Assembly (NCBI GenBank): GCA_944363535.1
Contig: CALVUG010000002.1
Span: 10,249 to 74,248, forward strand
Source of the DNA: an uncultured Bacilli bacterium
Lineage (GTDB): Bacteria > Bacillota_I > Bacilli_A > RFN20 > CAG-826
Direction: 5' to 3'
Length of the DNA stretch: 64,000 nucleotides
Position 1 is the stretch's first letter. Every line of letters starts with the position of its first letter. Positions 1 to 9,662 of the stretch are shown in pieces. A program made the position numbers and the translations under genes. Under the pieces are notes generated by a model. That model saw nothing but the letters and a program-made list of their open reading frames with translations, was not told the origin of the DNA and searched no databases.

Positions 1-392
1 GCTTTGGTGAATTTGTGAGCTTTGACGGTCAAAGCAACTTTAAGTTCACCATTACCTAGTATTTTAACACCATCGAGGTCCTTTTTGATAAGACCTTTTT
101 CAAATAATTTTGTCGGAGTGACTTCTTCGCCGTCTTTGAAGACGTTTAAAGCGGTCACATCCACTTCCGCATAACGCACTTTTTGAATGTGGGCAAAGCC
201 TCTTTTTGGAATACGACGATATAAGGGTAATTGACCACCTTCGAAACCAAGTCTCGTATGGCCACCACTACGGGCATTTTGCCCTTTGTGGCCCTTACCA
301 GCCGTCTTTCCGTTACCGGAGCCGATCCCACGACCCTTACGGTAAGACTTCGTCATGCTACCCTTGGTAGCGCTCAAATTATGGAGTTCCAT
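1..392 (-). CDS. rplO: 50S ribosomal protein L15 (3'-partial, runs off window start)
   Basis: Minus-strand translation from ATG at 392 gives [44 protein letters not shown]..., the glycine-rich L15 signature. The start overlaps the rpsE stop as TAATG. This short ORF is not in the supplied track; I translated it myself. Confidence 0.85.
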   Translation of the reverse strand, partial: MELHNLSATKGSMTKSYRKGRGIGSGNGKTAGKGHKGQNARSGGHTRLGFEGGQLPLYRRIPKRGFAHIQKVRYAEVDVTALNVFKDGEEVTPTKLFEKGLIKKDLDGVKILGNGELKVALTVKAHKFTK

Positions 393-1051
393 TATTTATT
401 TTCCTCCTTTACTTGACGTAAGGCTTTCACTTCGCCACGCGTCTTAAGAGAATCTAAGCCTTTAGATAAGGCACGAATAATATTGATTGGTGCTCTTGAA
501 CCGTAGACTTTCGAAACGACGTTTCTTACACCCGCAAGTTCTAAGATAGCACGCACTGGGCCACCAGCGATGATACCTTTACCTTCTTGGGCTGGTTTGA
601 TGAAGACGCTACAAGCACCATAACTTGCCATCACTTCGTGAGGAATCGTTCCTTTCTTATTGATAGGAATGCGGTGCAAATTGTGACGAGCGTGTTCTAA
701 TGCTTTCTTAATAGCATCAGGCACTTCACCGGCTTTACCATTCGCGAAGCCATAATGACCTTTACCATCACCGATGACGACGAGGGCGGTGAAACGCATA
801 CGTTTACCACCTTTGACGACTTTTGCGACACGTTTGATAGAAACGACTCTTTCTTCAAATTCTTTTTGACGGTCATTTTCACCGCGGCGGCGTGGACCCC
901 CATGGCGTTCGCCACGGACGTTAGATCTTTCCACGCGTGGACGTCTTTCACCTTGGGAAGGACGCGCGGCTTTATGGACGACTTCTGGTCCATGTTCTTC
1001 GTTCACTTTAGTTTCCACTTCTTGAGTGTTATTCATAACTTTTTCTTCCAT
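392..1051 (-). CDS. rpsE: 30S ribosomal protein S5 with ~50-aa Lys/Arg/Glu-rich N-terminal extension
   Basis: Core ...[40 protein letters not shown]... is typical S5. GGAGG RBS 8 nt upstream of ATG 1051. L15 follows directly with no rpmD. Confidence 0.95.
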   Translation of the reverse strand: MEEKVMNNTQEVETKVNEEHGPEVVHKAARPSQGERRPRVERSNVRGERHGGPRRRGENDRQKEFEERVVSIKRVAKVVKGGKRMRFTALVVIGDGKGHYGFANGKAGEVPDAIKKALEHARHNLHRIPINKKGTIPHEVMASYGACSVFIKPAQEGKGIIAGGPVRAILELAGVRNVVSKVYGSRAPINIIRALSKGLDSLKTRGEVKALRQVKEENK

Positions 1052-1063
1052 CGCTATTTCCTC

Positions 1064-1420
1064 CTAGAAGACAAGTCCAGCTTTGCGGCACGCTTCTGCG
1101 AGAGCTTGGACGCGCCCATGGTAGAGATAGCCACCACGGTCGAAGACGACTTTGGTAATACCTTTGGCTAAGCAAGCTTTCGCTAAGGCTTCACCGACCG
1201 TCGTCGCTGCGGCGACATTTGAGCCATTTTCTAATTTTAAGGAAGTAGAAGAGGCACTCGCGAGCGTTAGACCTTTCGTATCATCGATCACTTGTGCTTC
1301 GATATGTTTATTGGATCTAAAGACGCATAGACGTGGCATATCGCTCGTCCCGCTTACTTTATTACGGACACGGGCGTGTCTACGTTTACGCATCTCATTA
1401 CGTGAAGTCATATTAATCAT
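1064..1420 (-). CDS. rplR: 50S ribosomal protein L18
   Basis: [21 protein letters not shown]... is a classic L18 N-terminus. Operon position between L6 and S5. Confidence 0.95.
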   Translation of the reverse strand: MINMTSRNEMRKRRHARVRNKVSGTSDMPRLCVFRSNKHIEAQVIDDTKGLTLASASSTSLKLENGSNVAAATTVGEALAKACLAKGITKVVFDRGGYLYHGRVQALAEACRKAGLVF

Positions 1421-1435
1421 TTCTTCCTAGCCTCC

Positions 1436-1978
1436 TTACTTCTTACCGGCGCGCTTACCTTCCTTACGGATGATATGTTCGCCTTTGAATTTGATACCTT
1501 TACCATTGTATGGTTCAGGTGGTCTAGTGAGTTTAATTCTCGCTGCCGTCTCACCGACCGCACGTTTATCGATACCTTCGACGTGCACTTCGGTTTGCGA
1601 TGGGCAAGAAATCTTGACGCCGGGTTCAGGGATGATGACTACTTCATGGGAATAACCGACGTTGAGGACTAAGTTATCGCCCCTCATCATCGCACGGTAA
1701 CCGATACCGACGATTTCAAGTTGTTTTTTAAAGCCTTCGGAGACGCCAATGACAGCATTAGCCACGAGCGCTCTTTGGGTGCCATGATTCGTCTTAGCGG
1801 CGCTAGTTTCATCGTGACGAGTAAAACTAACATTTTCGCCATCGATATGCGTGTCGATGTGAGCTAAGACTGGAACATCTAAGGTACCTTTTGGTCCTTT
1901 GACGACGATCTTATTGCCTTCGATCGCTATGCTTACGCCAGCGGGGACGTGGATGAGTTTATTACCAATTCTTGACAT
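1436..1978 (-). CDS. rplF: 50S ribosomal protein L6
   Basis: MSRIGNKLIHVPAGV... plus operon order. Confidence 0.95.
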   Translation of the reverse strand: MSRIGNKLIHVPAGVSIAIEGNKIVVKGPKGTLDVPVLAHIDTHIDGENVSFTRHDETSAAKTNHGTQRALVANAVIGVSEGFKKQLEIVGIGYRAMMRGDNLVLNVGYSHEVVIIPEPGVKISCPSQTEVHVEGIDKRAVGETAARIKLTRPPEPYNGKGIKFKGEHIIRKEGKRAGKK

Positions 1979-1996
1979 AATTTACTTCTCCTTCCC

Positions 1997-2389
1997 TTAC
2001 CAGACGTAACATAATACTTCGCCACCGACGCCAAGTTGACGGGCTTCTTTATCGGTCACGACACCTTTAGAAGTCGAGATGATAGCGATACCTAAACCAC
2101 TTAAGACACGTGGAAGCTTTTCTACTCCGACGTTCACGCGTAAACCTGGTTTAGAAATACGTTTTAAACCGGAGATTAAACGCACGCCATTTTCCGTATA
2201 TTTAAGGGTGATATGTAAGGTCTTTTTCACATCTCCTGTGACGACGTAATCAGTGATGAAACCTTCATCCTTAAGGATGCGGGCAATTTCGACTTTCATC
2301 TTGCTAGAAGGCATCGAAAGTGCTTCGTGTTTTAATGCATTAGCGTTGCGGATGCGTGTAAGCATATCCGCGATTGGATCTGTTAACAT
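1997..2389 (-). CDS. rpsH: 30S ribosomal protein S8
   Basis: [16 protein letters not shown]... motif. AGGAGG RBS 9 nt upstream of ATG 2389. The track ORF start at 2410 reads through the RBS. Confidence 0.93.
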   Translation of the reverse strand: MLTDPIADMLTRIRNANALKHEALSMPSSKMKVEIARILKDEGFITDYVVTGDVKKTLHITLKYTENGVRLISGLKRISKPGLRVNVGVEKLPRVLSGLGIAIISTSKGVVTDKEARQLGVGGEVLCYVW

Positions 2390-2403
2390 GCTGACTTTCC
2401 TCC

Positions 2404-2589
2404 TTACCAACTAGATTTCTTCAAGCCTGGAATTTCGCCTTTGTAGGCTAATTCACGTAAGCAGATACGACAGAGTTTAAATTTTGAATAGACGGCATGG
2501 GGACGACCACAACGTTCGCAGCGCGTATATTCACGAACTTTGAATTTTTGTGGACGAGCATGTCTAACTTTCAAACTAGTTTTTGCCAT
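2404..2589 (-). CDS. rpsN: 30S ribosomal protein S14 type Z (zinc-binding, 61 aa)
   Basis: [55 protein letters not shown], two CxxC pairs, GGAGG RBS. The longer track ORF is an upstream read-through. Confidence 0.93.
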   Translation of the reverse strand: MAKTSLKVRHARPQKFKVREYTRCERCGRPHAVYSKFKLCRICLRELAYKGEIPGLKKSSW

Positions 2590-2605
2590 AATTCGTATCT
2601 CCTCC

Positions 2606-3322
2606 TTATCTTTGGAAAGGCACGCCGAGTAAACGGAGTAACTCGCGCCCTTCTTCATCGCTCTTCGCGCTGGTGACGATGACGATATCCATGCCACGCA
2701 CACGAGCGATTTTCACGTATTCAATTTCCGGGAAAATCGATTGTTCTTTGATACCTAACGTGTAATTCCCGCGACCATCGAATGCCGTCTTAGAGACGCC
2801 ACGGAAGTCACGCACACGAGGAAGAGCGATGGTGATTAACTTATCGAGGAAGTAATACATTCTTACCCCTCTTAAGGTCACTTTCGTTCCGATGGATTGA
2901 CCTTCTCTTAATTTGAAGGTAGCGATCGATTTTCTCGCTTTGGTGATGATCGGTTTTTGACCGCTGATGTCAGTGAGTTCACTCACTGCTTCATCCATAT
3001 GCTTCGCATTCACGGTCGCATCACCGACACCGATGTTGACGACGATTTTGACAAGCTTTGGTACTTGCATGATCGAAGTATATTTAAATTTTTCGATCAA
3101 AGCTGGAACAGCTTCTTTTTCGTAACGATCTTGTAATCTTGATCTTTCTTTCGCTACTTTGTGTTCGCCGCTACTCTTCTTCGCTTTAGGAGCCACTTTT
3201 TCAACTTTCACTTCCTCGACTGGAGAAACTTTTTCTTCCTTTGGAGTGCTAGTTTTCTTCGTCGAAGTTGCTTTCTTAGTGGTCGAAGTTTTCTTCGTAG
3301 TTACTTTCTTTTCTTCTGGCAT
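2606..3322 (-). CDS. rplE: 50S ribosomal protein L5 with ~60-aa Lys/Thr/Glu-rich N-terminal extension
   Basis: C-terminal 180 aa are canonical L5 (…[27 protein letters not shown]). N-terminus [31 protein letters not shown]… is low-complexity. GGAGG RBS precedes ATG 3322. Confidence 0.93.
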   Translation of the reverse strand: MPEEKKVTTKKTSTTKKATSTKKTSTPKEEKVSPVEEVKVEKVAPKAKKSSGEHKVAKERSRLQDRYEKEAVPALIEKFKYTSIMQVPKLVKIVVNIGVGDATVNAKHMDEAVSELTDISGQKPIITKARKSIATFKLREGQSIGTKVTLRGVRMYYFLDKLITIALPRVRDFRGVSKTAFDGRGNYTLGIKEQSIFPEIEYVKIARVRGMDIVIVTSAKSDEEGRELLRLLGVPFQR

Positions 3323-3336
3323 ATAAGTTTACCTCC

Positions 3337-3648
3337 TTATATCCTTTCGCCACTTTTGGCGGCGAGACGCACTTTGACTTTATTTTTCTTATCGTAATCT
3401 GTGCGGATACGCGTAGCTTTCTTCGATTTAGGATCGATTAAAGCGACGTTAGAAATGTCGATAGGAGCATAGATTTCTTGAATCGAACCTTCCGGTGTAG
3501 CTTGCGAAGGTTTCTTATGCTTCTTATGAATATTGACGCCTTCGACGACGAGACGATTAAGTTTTGGATAAACTGCTTGAACGATGCCAGTTTTACCTTT
3601 GTCATCACCAGCGATGACGATGACTTTATCACCTTTCTTAATACGCAT
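3337..3648 (-). CDS. rplX: 50S ribosomal protein L24
   Basis: MRIKKGDKVIVIAGDDKGKTG… is a KOW-motif L24. Confidence 0.95.
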   Translation of the reverse strand: MRIKKGDKVIVIAGDDKGKTGIVQAVYPKLNRLVVEGVNIHKKHKKPSQATPEGSIQEIYAPIDISNVALIDPKSKKATRIRTDYDKKNKVKVRLAAKSGERI

Positions 3649-3660
3649 AATAACCCTCCT

Positions 3661-4038
3661 TTAAAGAACTTCAGTGGCGAGGGAAACAATTTTCATGAAT
3701 CCTTCTTCACCATATTCACGTAATTCACGGGCCACTGGTCCGAAGACACGCGTGCCGATCGGCATCTTATTATCATCGATTAAGACGATCGCGTTATCGT
3801 CGAATCTGATGGTCGTGCCATCCTTACGCACATAAGGCTTCTTGACGCGGACGATGACACCCTTGACGATATCAGATTTTTTCACCTTACCGTTAGGAAT
3901 CGCATCTTTTACCGCACATTGGACGATATCACCGATCGAGGATGACTTGCGGAAGGAGCCACCGTAGAGACGGAAGATTCTTACGCTTCTGGCCCCGCTA
4001 TTATCAGCGACGACGAGATTAGTTTCATTTTGTACCAT
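3661..4038 (-). CDS. rplN: 50S ribosomal protein L14
   Basis: [17 protein letters not shown]… plus GGAGGAGG RBS. Confidence 0.95.
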   Translation of the reverse strand: MVQNETNLVVADNSGARSVRIFRLYGGSFRKSSSIGDIVQCAVKDAIPNGKVKKSDIVKGVIVRVKKPYVRKDGTTIRFDDNAIVLIDDNKMPIGTRVFGPVARELREYGEEGFMKIVSLATEVL

Positions 4039-4354
4039 CTAAATTTTCCTCCTCCGCTAATTCTTCTTTAATTTCTTTTTCCGCTTCCTTGACGGATTCA
4101 AGTGCTTTCTTATCGACTGATACTAAGCGGAATCTTTTCGTTTTGGAAAGTGGTCTAGTTTTCATGACGGTGACGACGTCACCGACATTAGCGATATTTT
4201 CTTCGTCATGCGCGACAAGTTTTGTCGTAAATTGACGACGTTTTAAATACTTTGGGTGTTTCTTATGGGTTTCGATAGCGATGACGATCGTCTTATCCAT
4301 CTTATTTTTGATGACGACACCTTGGAACGTCGCACGTCTATTTCTACTTTCCAT
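4025..4354 (-). CDS. rpsQ: 30S ribosomal protein S17 with acidic C-terminal extension
   Basis: [28 protein letters not shown]… The start at ATG 4354 has a GGAGG RBS. The track start at 4369 is a TTG read-through. C-terminal …[21 protein letters not shown] is extra relative to typical S17. Confidence 0.9.
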   Translation of the reverse strand: MESRNRRATFQGVVIKNKMDKTIVIAIETHKKHPKYLKRRQFTTKLVAHDEENIANVGDVVTVMKTRPLSKTKRFRLVSVDKKALESVKEAEKEIKEELAEEENLDGTK

Positions 4355-4559
4355 CGTTATTTCCTCCAATATTTAATTCTCTTTCGCGTTGGACCATGAG
4401 ACATCTAGCGATATCCTTACGGACACGTTTGACATCTTCACCATGTTCTAATTGTCCGACGGCTTTCTTACGACGAAGATTCCATAGTTCTTCTTTAAGC
4501 GAGTAAATCTTCTCGTTTAATTCGGTCTGACTAAGACTTCTAATTTCATTAACTCTCAT
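4344..4559 (-). CDS. rpmC: 50S ribosomal protein L29
   Basis: Coiled-coil L29-like sequence …LSQTELNEKIYSLKEELWNLRRK… in the operon position between L16 and S17. Confidence 0.9.
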   Translation of the reverse strand: MRVNEIRSLSQTELNEKIYSLKEELWNLRRKKAVGQLEHGEDVKRVRKDIARCLMVQRERELNIGGNNDGK

Positions 4560-4561
4560 CT

Positions 4562-4978
4562 TTACTCACCTTTGACCCTTTCGATAATCTTGGTTTTGAC
4601 TGGGAGTTTGTAAGCGGCTAAGCGGAGGGCTTCTTTCGCCATTTCATCTCCGACTCCACCGATTTCAAACATCACGCGGCCTGGCTTTACCACTGCCACC
4701 CAGCTCTCTGGGCTACCTTTACCTGAACCCATACGGACTTCAGCAGGTTTTTTCGTCTTAGCAAGTTGTGGGAAGATTCTAATCCACACTTTGCCACTTC
4801 TTTTCGTAAAACGGGATAAGACGATACGGGCCGCTTCAATTTGTTGCGCCGTGATGTAATCACCGCTTTGCGCTTGTAAGCCATAATCACCGAAACTAAC
4901 TTCGTTACCGGCTTTGGACTTACCTTCGTATTTAGTTGAATGAGGACGACGATATTTTGTTCTCTTCGGTTGTAACAT
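4562..4978 (-). CDS. rplP: 50S ribosomal protein L16
   Basis: [13 protein letters not shown]… L16 signature. Confidence 0.95.
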   Translation of the reverse strand: MLQPKRTKYRRPHSTKYEGKSKAGNEVSFGDYGLQAQSGDYITAQQIEAARIVLSRFTKRSGKVWIRIFPQLAKTKKPAEVRMGSGKGSPESWVAVVKPGRVMFEIGGVGDEMAKEALRLAAYKLPVKTKIIERVKGE

Positions 4979-5661
4979 TATTGTTCCCCTCCTTCATCTT
5001 CGTTAAGTTTTTCTTTTTTGGCTAAGCCTTTAAAGATCCACACTTTGACGCCGAGACGACCATAGGTCGTTCTAGCTTCCGCCATCGCGAAATCGATGTC
5101 GTATTTAAGGGTGTGTAGCGGAACGCTACCTTCTTTATAGCCTTCGCCACGGGCAATATCAGCCCCACCAAGACGGCCGCTCACTAAGGTTCTACAACCT
5201 TTCGCGCCCGCTTTACGCACTTGTTGGATAGCTTTCTTTTGCGCGGTTCTAAAGGAAGCTCTCGCTTCGAGTTGACGAGCGATCGTCGTCGCGACGATTT
5301 GTGCATCAAGATAGGGTACTTGCACTGGGATGACGTCAACTTTAATTTTGCTCGCATTAACTAGACCCGCTAATTCTTTACGAATCTTGTTAAGACGGTC
5401 ACCATTGGCCCCGATAGCGGCGCCAGGAGAAGCGACGTGGATAGCGATTTTTACATCGTATCCTTCTTTTTCGGTCTTCACTCTTTCGATGTCGACGTGA
5501 GAAAGTAAGGCTTCAGGATCTAGATGCTTTTCGATATATTCACGAATGCGACGATCCTCATTTAATAAGACAGCGTATTCTTTGCCTTCAGCAAACCAAC
5601 GGGAATTCCACCCACGGTTCACGCCGATACGCATGCCGACTGGATTAACTTTGTGACCCAT
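4978..5661 (-). CDS. rpsC: 30S ribosomal protein S3
   Basis: [24 protein letters not shown]… KH-domain S3. Confidence 0.95.
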   Translation of the reverse strand: MGHKVNPVGMRIGVNRGWNSRWFAEGKEYAVLLNEDRRIREYIEKHLDPEALLSHVDIERVKTEKEGYDVKIAIHVASPGAAIGANGDRLNKIRKELAGLVNASKIKVDVIPVQVPYLDAQIVATTIARQLEARASFRTAQKKAIQQVRKAGAKGCRTLVSGRLGGADIARGEGYKEGSVPLHTLKYDIDFAMAEARTTYGRLGVKVWIFKGLAKKEKLNEDEGGEQ

Positions 5662-5672
5662 ATACCACTACC

Positions 5673-6125
5673 TTACCTTTCCTTGACGACACAAGTGATG
5701 TGCGACATTCTTTTCACTAAGCCAGAGGCACTACCTTTCGCTCGTGGAATGTATCTTTTCATCCTCATGCCATCATTTGCATAAATTTCTTTGATGTAGA
5801 GTTTATTTTCATCCATCATGAAGTTGTTGGTCGCATTGGCGGCAGCGGATTTGATGACCTTGCTCACTGGAGCGACCGCGGCTTTGTTGACGTTAGCTAA
5901 GATGCCTAAGGCCACTTTGACGTCTTTTCCGCGTACGAGATCGATGACGAGTCTTGCTTTACGTGGAGTAACTCTTACATTGTAAGCGATAGCTCTAGCT
6001 TCACTTACTTGTGGTTTTTGAGGAGCGGCCTTGACTTCGGCTTTCGCTTTTTTCTCTTTTTTGCCACGTTTGATATCGGCTTTTTCTTTTAAGACGACAT
6101 CTTCACTTTTCTTACTACGTGCCAT
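5673..6125 (-). CDS. rplV: 50S ribosomal protein L22 with ~40-aa Lys-rich N-terminal extension
   Basis: Core …ARAIAYNVRVTPRKARLVIDLVRGK… is L22. N-terminus MARSKKSEDVVLKEKADIKRGKKEKKAKAEVKAAPQKPQ is extra. Confidence 0.92.
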   Translation of the reverse strand: MARSKKSEDVVLKEKADIKRGKKEKKAKAEVKAAPQKPQVSEARAIAYNVRVTPRKARLVIDLVRGKDVKVALGILANVNKAAVAPVSKVIKSAAANATNNFMMDENKLYIKEIYANDGMRMKRYIPRAKGSASGLVKRMSHITCVVKER

Positions 6126-6137
6126 AGCCTATCCTCC

Positions 6138-6440
6138 TTATTTCTTCGTGGCTGCGGCCGCGGCTGCTTTATCTTCCGCCGTATGACCGGTATGCCCTTT
6201 ATAAGTTCTCGTCGGCACAAATTCACCTAATTTATGACCGACCATGTCTTCCGTGATGAAGACGGAGATGTGTTCTTTACCGTTATAAACGGCAAAGGTA
6301 TGTTCGACGAAGGCGGGGAAAATGGTCGAACGACGAGACCATGTTTTGATGATTTCACGTTTACCACTCTTATTTAATTCTTCCACGCGTCGAAGTAGAT
6401 ATGGATCGCAGAACGGACCCTTTTTTAAACTACGTGCCAT
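6138..6440 (-). CDS. rpsS: 30S ribosomal protein S19 (Ala/Lys C-terminal tail)
   Basis: [20 protein letters not shown]… S19, with tail …[13 protein letters not shown]. Confidence 0.95.
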   Translation of the reverse strand: MARSLKKGPFCDPYLLRRVEELNKSGKREIIKTWSRRSTIFPAFVEHTFAVYNGKEHISVFITEDMVGHKLGEFVPTRTYKGHTGHTAEDKAAAAAATKK

Positions 6441-6452
6441 ACTTCAACCTCC

Positions 6453-7280
6453 TTATTTTCTTCTTCTGACGATCATACGATTAGATGCTTTCTTCGTATT
6501 TCTCGTCTTGACGCCTAAGGCGCGTTTGCCCCAAGGCGTTCTTGGCGCATCGCGACCGACAGGTGATTTACCTTCACCACCACCATGCGGGTGGTCGGTG
6601 GGGTTCATGACGGAACCTCTTACAGTCGGACGGACACCAAGCCATCTAGTTTTGCCAGCTTTACCAAGATTGATCAAGCTATAATCTTCATTACCTACTT
6701 CACCAATCGTCGCACGGCAATTCTCTAAGACTTTTCTTACTTCACCTGATTGTAATCTTAAGGTGACGGTACGATTTTCTTTACCAAGAATTTGTGCACT
6801 CGCACCAGCGGCTCTCGCCAATTGGCCGCCCTTACCTGGAGCAAGTTCGACGTTATGGACGAGCGTTCCTTCAGGGATGGATTTAAGTTCCATCGTATTA
6901 CCGACTTTGATATCGACCGCTTGGCCGGAGATTAGTCGGTCCCCAATCTTGATACCCTTCGGGGCTAAGATGTAACGCTTTTCACCATCTAAGTAAGTCA
7001 CTAAGCAGATGTTCGCGTTACGGTTTGGATCATATTCGATCGTCTTCACGATGGCGGGGATGCCATCTTTGTTACGTTTGAAGTCAATGAGACGGTATTT
7101 ACGCTTATGGCCACCACCGATATGACGGGTAGTGATGACCCCTTGATTATTACGTCCGCCGGTCTTTCTTAATCCGACGAGCAAACTTTTCTCAGGAGCG
7201 ACTTTACTAATTTCTTCATTGGTCAAACTAATCATGTTACGACGTGACGGTGACGTCGGTTTATAACTTCTAGTTCCCAT
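6453..7280 (-). CDS. rplB: 50S ribosomal protein L2
   Basis: …[17 protein letters not shown]… and …[10 protein letters not shown]… L2 signatures. Confidence 0.96.
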   Translation of the reverse strand: MGTRSYKPTSPSRRNMISLTNEEISKVAPEKSLLVGLRKTGGRNNQGVITTRHIGGGHKRKYRLIDFKRNKDGIPAIVKTIEYDPNRNANICLVTYLDGEKRYILAPKGIKIGDRLISGQAVDIKVGNTMELKSIPEGTLVHNVELAPGKGGQLARAAGASAQILGKENRTVTLRLQSGEVRKVLENCRATIGEVGNEDYSLINLGKAGKTRWLGVRPTVRGSVMNPTDHPHGGGEGKSPVGRDAPRTPWGKRALGVKTRNTKKASNRMIVRRRK

Positions 7281-7313
7281 TTTTATCAGTCTCCTATAAT
7301 TTAGTTACTATTC

Positions 7314-7691
7314 TTATTCTTTGAATAAGTCTAACGCTTCATTCTTCGCTAAGGTGACGATGGCTTTCTTGTAGCCTGGGACGCTACCTCTATAACGTCC
7401 GCCACGTGATTTTTCTTTGCTTGAAACGTTGATAATTCTCACACTCTTAACTTCCACTTGGAAGAGCGATTCGAAGGCTTTCTTAATTTCCACCTTAGTG
7501 GAGGTAGGTAGAACCTTCACGCTCACTTTGTTAAGATTTTGCATCGCCGCCATCGACTTTTCGGTGATGATGGGAGCGATGATGACGTCGAATTGTTTTA
7601 AAGTTGGTTCTTTGAAACGTTTATTTTCGACGGCTTTAGTTTCTTTTTTGCTACGTCTAGTTTTCTTCGTAGCTTTCACTTCTTCTGCCAT
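7314..7691 (-). CDS. rplW: 50S ribosomal protein L23 with ~28-aa Lys-rich N-terminal extension
   Basis: Core …FDVIIAPIITEKS… is L23. N-terminus MAEEVKATKKTRRSKKETKAVENKRFKE is extra. GGAGG RBS. The start overlaps the rplD stop as TAATG. Confidence 0.9.
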   Translation of the reverse strand: MAEEVKATKKTRRSKKETKAVENKRFKEPTLKQFDVIIAPIITEKSMAAMQNLNKVSVKVLPTSTKVEIKKAFESLFQVEVKSVRIINVSSKEKSRGGRYRGSVPGYKKAIVTLAKNEALDLFKE

Positions 7692-8338
7692 TACGCTAAT
7701 GCCTCCTCGATGACCTTAACGGCATCTTTTACCAAGATGACAGTCTTTGCATTAAGTAGGTCATACACATTGATGTCGCGTGCGTTTAGTGTCTTTAAAT
7801 TAGATATGTTACGCGCGCTAAGAAGAACATGTTCATCTTCTTCCTTGTAGACGATTAAGACTTTGTCGCTCGCTTTGAGCGCTTTTAAGACGCTAGCGAG
7901 TTGTTTCGTTTTCGTTTCTTTAAGACTTAATTCATCCAAGACGCGAAGACGATCTTTTTCGTGAGCGACGTAAGAGAGAGCACTTCTTAACGCTAAGTCA
8001 TGTTCTTTCTTATTTTGCTTAATCTTGTAATTTTGTTCACCAGTTGGACCAAAGACTGTTCCGCCACCAGTGAAGAGCGGTGAACGAGTGGAACCGGCCC
8101 TTGCACGACCCGTTCCTTTTTGACGCCATGGTTTTTTACCACCGCCAGAAACTTCGTCACGTTTTTTCGTTTTAGCGGTCGCTTGTCGCGCGTTACTTTG
8201 TTGGACGCGGACAGCGTTATACATCGCTTGCTTATGGGGATCGATGTTGAACACTTCGCCTTTGAGGGTAAGCTTCGTCTCTAAGACTTCGCCTTGCATG
8301 TTATAGACATCGACTTTAATGGATTTTGCTGTAGCCAT
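7691..8338 (-). CDS. rplD: 50S ribosomal protein L4
   Basis: MATAKSIKVDVYNMQGEV… The ATG at 8338 is 9 nt from the GGAGG RBS. The ATG at 8344 is only 3 nt from it. Confidence 0.92.
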   Translation of the reverse strand: MATAKSIKVDVYNMQGEVLETKLTLKGEVFNIDPHKQAMYNAVRVQQSNARQATAKTKKRDEVSGGGKKPWRQKGTGRARAGSTRSPLFTGGGTVFGPTGEQNYKIKQNKKEHDLALRSALSYVAHEKDRLRVLDELSLKETKTKQLASVLKALKASDKVLIVYKEEDEHVLLSARNISNLKTLNARDINVYDLLNAKTVILVKDAVKVIEEALA

Positions 8339-8352
8339 GCTCATTTTCCTCC

Positions 8353-9075
8353 TTAGGCATTTTCTTCCACCGCCACTTCAGCGGGTTTTTCTTCCACTTT
8401 CGGACGGCGGTCTAATAATGGTTTGACTTCGATCGTCTTACCACTTTGTGTCTTAATTGCACTTCTAATCGTCACGAGCGATTTCTTTGGACCTGGAATC
8501 GCCCCTTTGACGAGGATGACGTTTTTAGAAGCATCCACTTCGACGACGAGTAAGTTTTGGATGGTGACGGAATGATTACCTCTTCTTCCTGGCATCTTCT
8601 TACCAGGGATGACACGGTTATTCGTACGACCATTGTTCGCAAAGGAACCAGAGCCACGATGGTAACCAGAACCATGTCCTTTTGGACCGATCACGTGATG
8701 GTAAGCTTTGATCGTGCCGGTATAGCCTTTACCTTTGCTCGTTCCGATGACATCCACGATGTCACCAGCCTTGAACATCTCGACACTTAACGTTTCCCCT
8801 ACTTTCTTATCCATAAGTTCATCGCCCTTAAGTTCGATTAGATGTCTTTTAGGAGCGATACCGACTTTCTTAAAGATACCTTTTTCACACTTGTTAGCTT
8901 TCGACTCTTTTAAATCTTCGTAGCCGATTTGTAAGGCATTATAGCCATCAGTTTCAGAGGTCTTAACTTGGGTGACGACGTTAGGATCGCAATAGACGAC
9001 AGTCACTGGATACATCTGACCATCTTCGGTATAGACTTGCGTCATGCCAACTTTTTGTCCGATGATTGCTTTCAT
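8353..9075 (-). CDS. rplC: 50S ribosomal protein L3 with C-terminal Glu/Pro/Ala tail
   Basis: MKAIIGQKVGMTQVYTEDGQMYPVTVV… L3, with tail …LLDRRPKVEEKPAEVAVEENA. Confidence 0.95.
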   Translation of the reverse strand: MKAIIGQKVGMTQVYTEDGQMYPVTVVYCDPNVVTQVKTSETDGYNALQIGYEDLKESKANKCEKGIFKKVGIAPKRHLIELKGDELMDKKVGETLSVEMFKAGDIVDVIGTSKGKGYTGTIKAYHHVIGPKGHGSGYHRGSGSFANNGRTNNRVIPGKKMPGRRGNHSVTIQNLLVVEVDASKNVILVKGAIPGPKKSLVTIRSAIKTQSGKTIEVKPLLDRRPKVEEKPAEVAVEENA

Positions 9076-9092
9076 CTCGTTTTACCTCCTTC

Positions 9093-9407
9093 TTATAATT
9101 TGATATCGATATCCACTCCAGCGGGTAAATCGAGACGGCGTAATTGGTCGATCGTTTCCTTGGTCGGATTAGTGATATCGATGAGACGCTTGTGCGTTCT
9201 AATTTCGAATTGTTCACGTGAATCTTTGTTGACGTGCACGGAACGTAAGATCGTATAGACTTGTTTTTCCGTCGGGAGAGGGACAGGTCCTACGACACCG
9301 GCTTTCGTCCTTTTCGCAAGAGCGACGATCTTAGCGGCTGAGAAGTCTAAGATGTCATGCTCGTAAGCTTGGAGGCGAACACGGATTTTCTTATTTGCTT
9401 TAGCCAT
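9093..9407 (-). CDS. rpsJ: 30S ribosomal protein S10
   Basis: [21 protein letters not shown]… S10, first gene of the cluster, GGAGG RBS. Confidence 0.96.
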   Translation of the reverse strand: MAKANKKIRVRLQAYEHDILDFSAAKIVALAKRTKAGVVGPVPLPTEKQVYTILRSVHVNKDSREQFEIRTHKRLIDITNPTKETIDQLRRLDLPAGVDIDIKL

Positions 9408-9531
9408 GAATTTTTTCCTCCTTATGTTTTGCAGGCTTTTTAACTGCTAGCTCATCTACGAATTACCTGATGCCCATTCATGACAACGCCTGTGGGTGTA
9501 TCAGCAACCTCGCGAGTCCACGCTGCAGCCG
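9408..9531 (-). promoter_or_regulatory. GC-rich structured 5' leader of the S10 ribosomal-protein operon (candidate autoregulatory leader)
   Basis: ~120-nt untranslated leader with GC content well above local background. Nested helices are predicted (CUGAUGCCCA…UGGGUGUAUCAG, GCAGGC…GCUGC) between the promoter and the rpsJ RBS. Confidence 0.5.
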
Positions 9532-9537
9532 TGTGAA

Positions 9538-9566
9538 ATATTACCTCATATACATACGCGTGTCAA
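9538..9566 (-). promoter_or_regulatory. sigma-A promoter of S10 operon (TTGACA–17 bp–TAATAT)
   Basis: Minus strand reads TTGACACGCGTATGTATATGAGGTAATAT. Consensus -35 at 9561-9566, -10 at 9538-9543, 17-bp spacer. Confidence 0.75.
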
Positions 9567-9662
9567 AAAGAAATTAAAAATATTAGTTCTAGACTAGAAA
9601 AAATATTTAACAATTTTAATTAATGGATGTCTAAATTTATGAATTTTATAAGTAAAATTACC

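Noticed and set aside
231-416. 61-aa plus-strand ORF
   Set aside because: Lies antisense inside rplO and the rpsE/rplO junction. No RBS. Artifact of the GC-skewed coding strand.
697-1171. ORFs 697-993(-) and 755-1171(+) overlapping rpsE
   Set aside because: Alternative frames or antisense of a highly conserved ribosomal gene. No independent support.
2404-2703. 99-aa version of rpsN and 137-aa version of rpsH from the ORF track
   Set aside because: The upstream extensions read through the GGAGG ribosome-binding sites. The true starts are the internal ATGs (2589 and 2389).
9420-9560. GC-rich block as a stand-alone small RNA (e.g. SRP/4.5S RNA)
   Set aside because: No GGAAGCAGCC-type SRP domain-IV motif. 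The position between a consensus promoter and the rpsJ RBS fits a leader better.
9571-9662. TCTAGACTAGA near-palindrome after queH as a terminator
   Set aside because: The central mismatch leaves no loop, there is no U-tract, and it does not form a plausible intrinsic terminator.
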